From: a virus
Taxonomy: Duplodnaviria; Caudoviricetes
Length of the DNA stretch: 26,439 nucleotides
Strand: one strand, 5' to 3'
Virus record (IMG/VR): IMGVR_UViG_3300037071_003817
Location: 1 to 26,439 of that record
Shown here one piece after another: positions 9,223-17,274 of the stretch; position 1 is the first letter of the stretch, and each line of letters starts with the position of its first letter. The notes beneath the pieces were generated by a model, which made no database searches, was not told the DNA's origin, and saw only the letters and a list, made by a program, of their open reading frames with translations. The position numbers and the translations under genes were made by a program.

Positions 9223-9819
9223 TCATGCTGCCATGACGCGATCGGCGGCGGGCGATCCGAGCGTTGCCTCGGCCAGGATCTCGACCCGGTTCAGCCATCC
9301 GTCGAGGAAACGGTCACGGAAGGGTTTGCCGTTGAGCTTGGCCGGTCGTTTCCGGTAATAGGTGCAACGTGCCCGCAGAAAATTGATGAGCTCCTGGTCC
9401 CCGGCCGCGTTCACGGCCGCGAGCGTCTTGGGACCGATGAGGCCGTCCACCTTTGCCCCTACGGCTTTTTGTAGATTCGTCCCGACCCATCCGATCCCGG
9501 GGTTGACGGCCGAGTCCAGGACGGCCAGGTCCCACGGCGCTTTCATTTCGGCGCAGCGCGCTTTGTCCCAGGCTTCGTGGCGATAGATCTCGATCGCTTC
9601 CGCCTCGGTCAGGTTGACCACGTCGACGTTCGGGTGGTCGCGTTGGTCGATCCCGTATTTGGTCGTCCCGCCGGGATCGTTCGGGTCGCGATCGATATGC
9701 GCTCCGCCCTCCCGGGCCAGAACGAATTTGACGCACTCCAGGAAGCGAGCCTCTGAGGACGGAGCAACCTTGGGCTCGGCGGACCCGGTGCCTTGCTTTC
9801 CAGTTACTCCGTCGCTCAT
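9223..9819 (-). CDS. Endolysin, glycoside hydrolase family 108 with C-terminal peptidoglycan-binding region
   Basis: LAREGG..DPNDPGGTTKYGI signature, DSAVNPG, LQKAVGAKVDGLIGPKTL and FLDGWLNRV. Confidence 0.92.
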   Translation of the reverse strand: MSDGVTGKQGTGSAEPKVAPSSEARFLECVKFVLAREGGAHIDRDPNDPGGTTKYGIDQRDHPNVDVVNLTEAEAIEIYRHEAWDKARCAEMKAPWDLAVLDSAVNPGIGWVGTNLQKAVGAKVDGLIGPKTLAAVNAAGDQELINFLRARCTYYRKRPAKLNGKPFRDRFLDGWLNRVEILAEATLGSPAADRVMAA

Positions 9820-9849
9820 TGTGGTTCGCCTTTTCCGGGGAAGGCCGTG

Positions 9850-10119
9850 CTAAGACGGCTGGCCGGGGTTCTCGCTCGGCGGCGTGTCCGCCTGGGTTTC
9901 TCCTTCGGGTGGCGGCGGCGTTTCGTCGCCCTCTTTTTCGGGCGCTTCACCAAGGCCCCCGGCGGCGACGCCCGCGCGGGCTTCGGCGACGCTCTGCGCG
10001 GCCTTGTTGATGCTCGGCGTGTCCGGCGTTCCTTCTTCGCGCACGGGCGGGGTTTCCTCCCCGGTGGCGGGATCTGTCTTTACTTCGGGATCAGCGGGAT
10101 CTGTCTTTGGATCGTCCAT
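9850..10119 (-). CDS. Small acidic, Pro-rich disordered protein
   Basis: Start moved to MDDPKTDP, preceded by AAAGGAG Shine-Dalgarno (10124-10130); 89 aa rich in E/D/P/T. Confidence 0.6.
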   Translation of the reverse strand: MDDPKTDPADPEVKTDPATGEETPPVREEGTPDTPSINKAAQSVAEARAGVAAGGLGEAPEKEGDETPPPPEGETQADTPPSENPGQPS

Positions 10120-10172
10120 TTTTCTCCTTTGGTTGTTAGGTTTGTTAGGTTGAGCCTGGAGGGTAACAAAGT

Positions 10173-10370
10173 TCAAAATCCAAATAGGTAAAAGCCCAGG
10201 ATCCCGAACAGGATGATTTGCACGGCGGCGGTCCCACGGACCACGTTAGGGTTATCTCTCCACCCGAATGAGCCGATGGCCCAAAGGATCAGGAGCAGCC
10301 AGAAGATGATGCGCGGCATCGTTAGATCGCCCCGGCTGCTGACCTGGGCGAGGATCGTTAATAGGTTCAT
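10173..10370 (-). CDS. Small two-TM membrane protein (holin/antiholin-like)
   Basis: Hydrophobic stretches IIFWLLLILWAIGSFGW and AAVQIILFGILGFYLFGF; near endolysin. Confidence 0.6.
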   Translation of the reverse strand: MNLLTILAQVSSRGDLTMPRIIFWLLLILWAIGSFGWRDNPNVVRGTAAVQIILFGILGFYLFGF

Positions 10371-10374
10371 GTTT

Positions 10375-10587
10375 TTATCCTTCTACTTGGGTTTCTTTTG
10401 CCGTCCAACGGCCTACCAGCTTTAAGACTAACGTCGCCCCGATCCCGATCTTGATAATCCAGGGGACCCAGGTGGCCGGGAAAATCTGATTAACCAGGTC
10501 GAGCGTGTCCTTGTCGTAAGGGATGGCCGCGACCAGGGTGAACGCCATCGTGAGATCTGAGGCTACGAGTGTTTTGTTGATCTTCAT
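10375..10587 (-). CDS. Putative holin
   Basis: 70 aa with two hydrophobic segments and a charged C-terminal tail, upstream of endolysin. Confidence 0.6.
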   Translation of the reverse strand: MKINKTLVASDLTMAFTLVAAIPYDKDTLDLVNQIFPATWVPWIIKIGIGATLVLKLVGRWTAKETQVEG

Positions 10588-10874
10588 GGGTCCACTTTCC
10601 GTTGTAAGTCTTTCACTTCGCGCTCCAGCTCCTTCAACCGCTCATTCTGGCGTTCCTGTTGCTTGTCGTAATTCTTCTCGAAGATTTCAAATGAGACTGT
10701 GCCCTTGCTGTCCATCCGCTCGATCCTTGGCGCGATCTCCTCTTTCCAGATAACCAGGTCGTGGACTTTTTGGCGAGCCCCCCCAACGACAAAAGCAGCA
10801 ACGATGACACCGGCGACAAAAGAGAGGATCTGTTTGCCGATCCCAAACCACTCTGTTTTGTGCTCGGGCTCCAT
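10584..10874 (-). CDS. Single-TM coiled-coil membrane protein of the lysis cassette
   Basis: Start moved to MEPEHKTEW; TM ILSFVAGVIVAAFVVGG then coiled coil; ATGA overlap with the holin-like gene. Confidence 0.6.
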   Translation of the reverse strand: MEPEHKTEWFGIGKQILSFVAGVIVAAFVVGGARQKVHDLVIWKEEIAPRIERMDSKGTVSFEIFEKNYDKQQERQNERLKELEREVKDLQRKVDP

Positions 10875-10878
10875 CCCA

Positions 10879-11784
10879 TTACACGTTCCCTTTGAGCCAG
10901 GTGATGACGGCGTCCCGGACCAGGATCGAGCTCCCGTTCTCAATTGGCAGGTTCCAATACTTGAAAGCGTGGGTCTGTTCGATCACTGGCACCGTCGCGA
11001 GCTTGAACGTGTTCGGCTCCGGCGTGTCGGCCTGGCTCTCGGTCATCCCGCATTTCAGCAGGCCCCGGATCAGGCTCGGGAACTGGAACGTGTCCACTCC
11101 GCCCGAGTCGTCGCTCGAGATCAACGCGAAGATCGGCGGGAGATTGTCTCGTTCCGCGTAGGTGAGCGGCGAGGCTTTGCGCAACGCCTTCATGTCCCAG
11201 GGACCATCGGGGAAGGTGTCCGGGATATCGACGTAGTTGGTGATCGCGTCGTGGTAGTTAGTCTCCCCGGGCGGATAATCGACTTTGAGATGGGCCTCGT
11301 CGTCGAACTGGTAGACCCCGCTGCATAGCACAACCAGGTCGGGCTTGTCATCGCCCCACTTCCCGCGCGCCGCCATGTACATCGCGTGCGAAGCGCCGGC
11401 CGATCCGCCGATACAATAAACGCGACCGTCACACCGTGGATGCGCGCGCGCAGCTCGCACGGCCGCCCGGCAATCGTCGCTCTGTTTCGGGTAATGACCC
11501 TCGTCGCCTACCGTGTTCTGACCTGGGGCCTGGTGGTTGGGCTCGTTCATCGCGTCGTGCGGTGGGGCCAGGCGATACTCGCTCGGGATCCCGATAAACC
11601 CGGCCCGGGCCAGATCGTCGGCCACGTTGAGCGGTCCCATCTCGCCCGACTTGAACCCGCCCGGGTGCCAGACAAGGCAGGCCGGGGCTTTCTCCGAGCC
11701 TGGCGGGAGGATGATGGACCATAGCAGTTGCACGCCACTGGAGGCGGTTCTAAAGGGGATTCGATCTGGTCGTTGTTGAGGCAT
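10879..11784 (-). CDS. Alpha/beta hydrolase (HSL/BD-FAE-like esterase)
   Basis: HPGG oxyanion motif, EYRLAP, GGSAG nucleophile elbow, ASP motif, candidate Asp in SSDDS and His in THAF. Confidence 0.9.
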   Translation of the reverse strand: MPQQRPDRIPFRTASSGVQLLWSIILPPGSEKAPACLVWHPGGFKSGEMGPLNVADDLARAGFIGIPSEYRLAPPHDAMNEPNHQAPGQNTVGDEGHYPKQSDDCRAAVRAARAHPRCDGRVYCIGGSAGASHAMYMAARGKWGDDKPDLVVLCSGVYQFDDEAHLKVDYPPGETNYHDAITNYVDIPDTFPDGPWDMKALRKASPLTYAERDNLPPIFALISSDDSGGVDTFQFPSLIRGLLKCGMTESQADTPEPNTFKLATVPVIEQTHAFKYWNLPIENGSSILVRDAVITWLKGNV

Positions 11785-11815
11785 AAGTTTGGATTTTTTT
11801 GAGCGTTTCGGTTGG

Positions 11816-12406
11816 TTATGGGATCGGGTAAATTGTGACGTAAAAGGAAATCGTCCCGGTGTTGATGCTGTTCGCCATCTGCCGGATGACCAGTGAGCTC
11901 GAGATTGACATAACGGCGGCCGCGTTCGCGCCCCAATTGTTCGCGGTCGGGCTGCTGGTCGCGGCCGGGGCGGTCGTTTGCAGCATTTGTGTCCCTCCGC
12001 CCGCTGCCGCGTCGAAAAGTGCGAGCGTCCCGGCGGCCATCGATCCGGTTTGCGTCTCGTTCACGAACCAACTGCACGCCGTGACGGCGGTATTGCCGCG
12101 CACCGCCCAACGGGTAACCCCGGCCGGGAGCGTGATCGTCGCGATATCCCTCGGGTTGCCGCTCGTCGTGATCGCCTGGCTTTTGAGGTAAAACGTGATC
12201 GCCCCGTTAATGACGGTGGCGTCGGCGGCCGTGGTCGTCATTTGCGCCTGGTTGATCGCGCCGGTCAGTTGGCTCCCGGCGATTGATTTGTTCGTGAGCG
12301 TTTGGGTCCCGTTGGTCGTGACGTTGCCCCCGGGGATCTGGATCTTTTGGGCGGATGCGGTCGCGATCGCCGCGACCAGGAAGCTAAGAGCAAGAATGTT
12401 TTTCAT
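11816..12406 (-). CDS. Signal-peptide-bearing tail fibre-like protein
   Basis: Start moved to MKNILALSFLVAAIATASA|Q; TQTLTNKSI fibre motif; Thr/Ala-rich beta C-terminus. Confidence 0.65.
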   Translation of the reverse strand: MKNILALSFLVAAIATASAQKIQIPGGNVTTNGTQTLTNKSIAGSQLTGAINQAQMTTTAADATVINGAITFYLKSQAITTSGNPRDIATITLPAGVTRWAVRGNTAVTACSWFVNETQTGSMAAGTLALFDAAAGGGTQMLQTTAPAATSSPTANNWGANAAAVMSISSSLVIRQMANSINTGTISFYVTIYPIP

Positions 12407-12410
12407 AGTG

Positions 12411-13052
12411 TTAAGGTGCAATTTTCCAGGCGATATAACGAGGGGATCCGGTCATCGAAATGACACTGACGGCCCCGGTCCAGTTGTCGATCCTAACCTG
12501 GCCGCCCCGGCCATCGTCGGCCGCGACTCCGCAGGGCAGGATGAAACTGAGTGAGCTCGTCGTTGGGCTCGCCCCAAATTTCACCCCGAGCGCGTCGGCC
12601 GCGTCCAGGTTTTGAATAAACCCAACCTCTCCGGCGGCCAGAGTAAAGACGGTTGTGTTGTCGGTCGTTGAGATCGTGAAAGTGCTGGGGACCCCGGCAT
12701 ACTGTTTTAGGACGGCCGTGTTGGTCTTGATCGCGTCGATATCGGTCGTCAGGCGTCGCAGTTTGGCGGAGATCGAGCCTGTGCCTCCGGCCGATGAGAC
12801 AGAATCCGCCAAGGTCCCCTCGACTACATCGGCCCCGTCCGCGATCGTGACGGCTCCGCCCCCGCCACCACCGCCCCCGGTCGCGTCGACGTAGGCCCCG
12901 GCCGTGTCGACCAGGCGGACCGGGAGCGCGTGCGTCCCGTCGCTGTTCACCTTCACCTTGGGATCGTTGATGTTGACGTTGCTGGTCTGACCGATGGCCA
13001 GTTGGCAGAGGGCGAGCCCGGCGAGGGCCAGGACGAGGATCTTTGTTTTCAT
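12411..13052 (-). CDS. Signal-peptide-bearing virion spike/fibre-like protein
   Basis: MKTKILVLALAGLALCQLAIG|Q; poly-Gly linker, VTIADGADV..SAKLRRL motif and C-terminal FIQNL..LGVKFG beta-sandwich-like region. Confidence 0.65.
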   Translation of the reverse strand: MKTKILVLALAGLALCQLAIGQTSNVNINDPKVKVNSDGTHALPVRLVDTAGAYVDATGGGGGGGGAVTIADGADVVEGTLADSVSSAGGTGSISAKLRRLTTDIDAIKTNTAVLKQYAGVPSTFTISTTDNTTVFTLAAGEVGFIQNLDAADALGVKFGASPTTSSLSFILPCGVAADDGRGGQVRIDNWTGAVSVISMTGSPRYIAWKIAP

Positions 13053-13056
13053 GTTT

Positions 13057-16000
13057 TTATGTTGGTGGATTTGGGACTACATCGCCCCACTCGTTCAAAC
13101 AGGTGTCCGAAATTGTATTGACCGTGTCGGCCGGTGGCAAGGTTACTGCGAGCACGACCTGGCGGCCCCATCGGCGCGGGCCGGTCAGTCGGTAACGTGG
13201 CGGGTTCGCACCGACCTCGAGATGTTTGTCCTCGGCGCGGGCCAGGAACTTCGCGGCCTCCTTCTGGAACATGCCTTTTTGCTGGAGATCGGCCGCCTCG
13301 TCGCTTGCTACCATGTAAGTCACGTAGCCCGCCAGGAAGGCCGGGAACGGCACGAGCGCCCAATACTGATCCGCCGACGTGTTTCCCGGATCGATCCCCT
13401 GGACCGGCTGGAGCGCCCGGTAAACGTCGCCGTCGCTCCAGAGCTGGAGATCGAGAGTTTTGTAGAGTTTCGTAGAATCGAAATCGCTCGCGCTGAAATG
13501 GTAGGTGACGGCGCGATATTTGATGAACACGGTCGCACCGCCGAACCGGAACACCTCGAGGCCGCGTGTGCTCATTTGCCAGGGGAGCGAGCGCGGGGTC
13601 GGCCGGGTCACGTCGCGCGGATCGCTCGGGAACACTTCCAAGACCTGGCCGAGCCGACGACGGCAACGCTGGAGCTCCTCGACAAAGAAGTCGTTGGCGG
13701 CGAGCTCGAAGGAATTGAAGAACGCGATATTTGTCGGGACCGTGCCCCTGGGTGCGTCCAGGAAACAACGATAATATCCCTGGCCGGTGACCAGGCCATC
13801 GACCCCGACCTGGCCCAGGTAATAGACTTCGTCGCCGACTTTCCAGTCGTCGATCGCGTTCCAGATCCGGCGGAAAGCGCGCTCCTCGGTGATAGTCAGA
13901 TCCGCCCAGGCGTGCAGAGTCCAGGCGTACTCGAGATGCCGGAAGATTTCCGAGATCCAGCGGCGCGCTCGAGCTGGCGTGAGATCGAACCACTCGATGG
14001 CCAGGAGATCCGCGATCGCAAACAGGATATGATCCCGGAAATTGAGCCGTTGATAGTTGAGCGACGGCGGAGGGATGAACGAGGGCAGGGGCGGGGGCGG
14101 TGGCTCGATGATGATTCCACCCGTAAAGAGGTCATGCGAGTATTCGATGGCGCCGGGGATCCCGAGCGCGTCGGCCGAATACATCTCCCGGTAATTGGCC
14201 CCGTAGCCAAAGATGATATTGCCGACCGTGTTGGAGATCGTCGTCGGATCGCCCGCCACTCCGCCGTTCATGCGGAAGTTGGGATCGTTAAAGCAAAACC
14301 AGAGATCCTGGCCCGCGACGAAGTTGCCCCGTTGATGAATATCCCAAAGGAGCTTGAGGGTCCCGGTTCCTGGGGCCAGTGGCGTCCTGGTTGAAAATGA
14401 GTTGACCGTGGTTACGAGGCGATTCGGGTAGGCAAAATTGATGTTCCCGCAGGTCGTTTTGGCCAGGAAATTCGGGATATCAGGGTCGCCCGCCAGGTCG
14501 GCCGCCGTCTTGTCGAGCACGTCCCCGTTATTGCCGATCGCCGTCTCGATCAGGACCCCCGGGAAAGCGGCCGTTGCCACGTCGAAGAACCCGGTCTGAC
14601 GGAAGCGCACGTCCAGGACGACATTGCTCGCCGTCGCCGTCGTGTTATTGGTCAACTGGACTTCGGTCGGGCTCGTCCAGCTCGCGATAAAGGTCAGGTT
14701 TGGGATCCCGGCTCCTTCCACGCCTTTGCCAACGTCGGCCAGGGTCCAGTTCGCGCTGAGTGAAACCAGGCGCTTGTTGCTGAACGTCTGGCCATCAGTG
14801 AGCGCGAAATGGGAGGTCTGCTTGATCGCCGTCTCGTTCATTTTGGCCGTCGTATAGCCCGCCCCGCGCGTCGCGAACGTGGTCCCGATCGGCGAGTTGA
14901 GCCATTGCTGGTTCCAGTCGATCGAGGGATCGCTCGGATCCTTGCCGTGCGGGACGTTCCAGTCCTCGGTCTGCGAGTTGGCGTACGCGATCCGAAACAC
15001 CACGATCGACGATTTTTCGAGCGGGGTCAGGAGGTTGGTGAAGAACAGATCGTAACCCAAGCGGTTAATCATCCGCTTTTTGTATTTGCCGAAAGTCGGT
15101 TCCCAAAATACCGGGATCGTCGTCTCGTCCGGGCCGCTGTGGAATGGGCTCGGATCGTTGTAGGTGAAGGTCGTGCCGTGGACCATGTCGTTGTTGTTCG
15201 GCGCGACGCGCGGGCGGCCCGCAATCGTCCAGGCGCATCCGCTATGGCTGCCGGTCGCGTTCACGTTCACCTGTGAGGTTGGGCTCGAGGAGAGTTTGGC
15301 GGTCGTCCCGTTGGTGACGGTGCCGATGTAGGTCGGCGCTCCCGGGATATCGGTCCCGGTGATTTGGCGGTGCACGTCCGCATCCGAGAAATTGGCCAGG
15401 GCCGAGGTAATAACTTCCGACCCGATCGTGACTCCGTCGGTCACTGAGCCGGGGTTCCCGGCCGGGGTGTTGCCGATCGCCGTGAAAACGAAATCCGGGG
15501 TTTTGCCGAAATTGGTATCCGCGCCCGCCATCGTCGCGATCGTTAATTGGACCTTCTTCCCGGCCGCGACGGCCGCCTGGATCCGGGGGACCAGGTTGGT
15601 CACGGTGTATTCGTAGACGCCGTCGAGCCGCTCGTAATCTTTCCAGTCGGTGTTGATCCCGATGCAATCGATGTTGGGGTCGTCGAGGATTTGTTGGGCA
15701 ATGTCTTGCGACCCTGAGATCCCGACTATTACGCCCTGGAACGCTCCGCCGCTCGGGGGGATCGGGATCCCGCCCTGGAGCCAGGCAATCATCGCCTGGC
15801 CCGCTGTCGTGTGCCCCGCGATCCCGTCGATCGGCGTGTCCCAGACTTGGAAAGCGTGTTGGTGACCGGGCGATTGGACTACGTCGTATTTGACCTTGCG
15901 ATATTCGGGAATGGCCAAGGTGGACCGGGTAAAGCCAACGGCCGGACTGGTCAGTTTGGGGATGAGGCCGTTTTGGACCTGGTCCTCGAGTGGCCCCTGG

Positions 16001-16749
16001 TCGCTTTGTCCGACGAGCCCGGTTGAGGTCGGGATCCCGAGCGAATCGTGGACCGACATCAGGACATAACAGGGGGGCATGTCCGGGGTCATGTAAGTGA
16101 CCGGCGAAGCCGTCGCGAGTAGCGCCAGGTCGGTCGGGTTCGGGAGGACCGGGTAGAGATAGGGGATCCCGGTGTAGTTGGCGATCGCGTCGTAAGGATT
16201 GGTTTCGCCCGGGGTTGGCGGCAGGGAGAGGAGAATCGTGTCGGCCAGGTTGGAGACGCCGCAGCTCAGGATCCCGCAGAGATCCGGCCGATCGTCCCCG
16301 GCCGTGCCGGTCGCCATCATGTAAGCAACGTGCGAGCCGCCGGCCGATCCGCCGATTGCATAGACCCGGCCGTCGCACTCGACCCGAGCTCGAGCTGCCC
16401 GGATCGCTCTTTGCACGTCGTCCGTTTGCTTCGGGTAGTGGCCGCTGTCGTTGACCGTGTCCTGGCCGGGCACCGGGTGGTTGTTTCCGTTCGGTGGCGC
16501 GGCTGATTTCATCGCGTTCGCCGGAGGCGCGAGGCGATACTCGCAGGCCAGGACAACGAACCCGGCCGCTTGCAGGGAGTTGCTGACGGTGCCGTTGTCG
16601 TGCCCGCCCGATTTGTAGCCGCCGGGGTGGAACATGCAGACGACCGGCCAGGTCGGGCCGCCGCTCGTCGGAACGTAGCGCGTCCAATAAAGGGCGACGT
16701 GGCCGGGGATCCCGTCCGCGTCTGCGTATTTTTCGTAGACTCCAGCCAT
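13057..16749 (-). CDS. Fusion protein: esterase + glycoside hydrolase-like TIM barrel + head-tail adaptor-like domain
   Basis: 1230 aa. About aa 1-325 esterase (HPGG, GGSAG, QHAF); about aa 335-880 GH42-like pattern (WKDYERLDGVYEY..AAVAAGKKVQL..P..; PVFWEP); poly-Pro linker; C-terminal ~340 aa adaptor-like (HLEYAWTLHAWADL..EER; PFPAFLAGYV). Confidence 0.8.
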   Translation of the reverse strand: MAGVYEKYADADGIPGHVALYWTRYVPTSGGPTWPVVCMFHPGGYKSGGHDNGTVSNSLQAAGFVVLACEYRLAPPANAMKSAAPPNGNNHPVPGQDTVNDSGHYPKQTDDVQRAIRAARARVECDGRVYAIGGSAGGSHVAYMMATGTAGDDRPDLCGILSCGVSNLADTILLSLPPTPGETNPYDAIANYTGIPYLYPVLPNPTDLALLATASPVTYMTPDMPPCYVLMSVHDSLGIPTSTGLVGQSDQGPLEDQVQNGLIPKLTSPAVGFTRSTLAIPEYRKVKYDVVQSPGHQHAFQVWDTPIDGIAGHTTAGQAMIAWLQGGIPIPPSGGAFQGVIVGISGSQDIAQQILDDPNIDCIGINTDWKDYERLDGVYEYTVTNLVPRIQAAVAAGKKVQLTIATMAGADTNFGKTPDFVFTAIGNTPAGNPGSVTDGVTIGSEVITSALANFSDADVHRQITGTDIPGAPTYIGTVTNGTTAKLSSSPTSQVNVNATGSHSGCAWTIAGRPRVAPNNNDMVHGTTFTYNDPSPFHSGPDETTIPVFWEPTFGKYKKRMINRLGYDLFFTNLLTPLEKSSIVVFRIAYANSQTEDWNVPHGKDPSDPSIDWNQQWLNSPIGTTFATRGAGYTTAKMNETAIKQTSHFALTDGQTFSNKRLVSLSANWTLADVGKGVEGAGIPNLTFIASWTSPTEVQLTNNTTATASNVVLDVRFRQTGFFDVATAAFPGVLIETAIGNNGDVLDKTAADLAGDPDIPNFLAKTTCGNINFAYPNRLVTTVNSFSTRTPLAPGTGTLKLLWDIHQRGNFVAGQDLWFCFNDPNFRMNGGVAGDPTTISNTVGNIIFGYGANYREMYSADALGIPGAIEYSHDLFTGGIIIEPPPPPLPSFIPPPSLNYQRLNFRDHILFAIADLLAIEWFDLTPARARRWISEIFRHLEYAWTLHAWADLTITEERAFRRIWNAIDDWKVGDEVYYLGQVGVDGLVTGQGYYRCFLDAPRGTVPTNIAFFNSFELAANDFFVEELQRCRRRLGQVLEVFPSDPRDVTRPTPRSLPWQMSTRGLEVFRFGGATVFIKYRAVTYHFSASDFDSTKLYKTLDLQLWSDGDVYRALQPVQGIDPGNTSADQYWALVPFPAFLAGYVTYMVASDEAADLQQKGMFQKEAAKFLARAEDKHLEVGANPPRYRLTGPRRWGRQVVLAVTLPPADTVNTISDTCLNEWGDVVPNPPT

Positions 16750-17153
16750 TAGCGTTTAAATCCGTCGATTTGGACTTGGATCTTTTTCGATCGGCTCCGC
16801 ACCCGCATCTCAGGGTGACGGTTCAAAGTGTCGCGCAGCGTGGCCTTGTCCCGGAACCAGTTCGGGCCGTACTTCACACAAAGGAAATCCCAATCCTTTT
16901 TGCAGATTGAGGCGACTTGTTCCCCCAGGCCCTCGATATGCGCCCGCTGGACCCGGGCGTTGGCGCGGGCCAGCTCGAGCCTGTCACTGGCGGCCGCGAT
17001 CGCTCTTACTTGCGCCCGCCGGATCAGGGCCGCGAGGCGCGGACGCAGGACCCGGCTTGTCTCCAACTCGCGCAGGACGGGAGCACTCACGTTCTCCGGG
17101 AGCAGGATCGAGGTCCCCTCCTGGTCGAGCAGCTCCGGCAGTCCTGGCGTCAT
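16749..17153 (-). CDS. Conserved hypothetical protein downstream of capsid genes
   Basis: 134 aa, TAATG overlap with the fusion gene; GLGEQVASI..YGPNWFRD..HPEMRV pattern recalls small post-capsid podovirus proteins. Confidence 0.6.
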   Translation of the reverse strand: MTPGLPELLDQEGTSILLPENVSAPVLRELETSRVLRPRLAALIRRAQVRAIAAASDRLELARANARVQRAHIEGLGEQVASICKKDWDFLCVKYGPNWFRDKATLRDTLNRHPEMRVRSRSKKIQVQIDGFKR

Positions 17154-17170
17154 CGTTTTGAAAAGGTGAC

Positions 17171-17258
17171 CGTTAAGAGCAGGGCCGGGGATCGAACCCG
17201 AGTTTTGCCCGCCAAAATGGCGAGCCGCCTTCCCACTTGGCTACTCCTGCTCTTAACG
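17171..17258 (-). ncRNA. tRNA-like structure without a canonical anticodon loop
   Basis: Minus strand: CGTTAAGAGCAGG AG TA GCC AAGTGGGAA GGC G GCTCGCCA TTT TGGCGGGC AAAAC TCGGG TTCGATC CCCGG C CCTGCTCTTAACG. D-arm and T-arm match tRNA consensus, 13-bp perfect closing stem, no CCA. Confidence 0.7.
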
Positions 17259-17274
17259 AATTTGTTTACCCGGC

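Noticed and set aside
15242-16687. 481-aa alternative-frame minus-strand ORF inside the fusion gene
   Set aside because: Arg/Pro-rich frame-shifted reading of the esterase region; no motif support.
17171-17258. Canonical tRNA gene or simple intrinsic terminator
   Set aside because: No 7-nt anticodon loop or CCA, and no U-tract directly after the stem; kept as a tRNA-like ncRNA instead.
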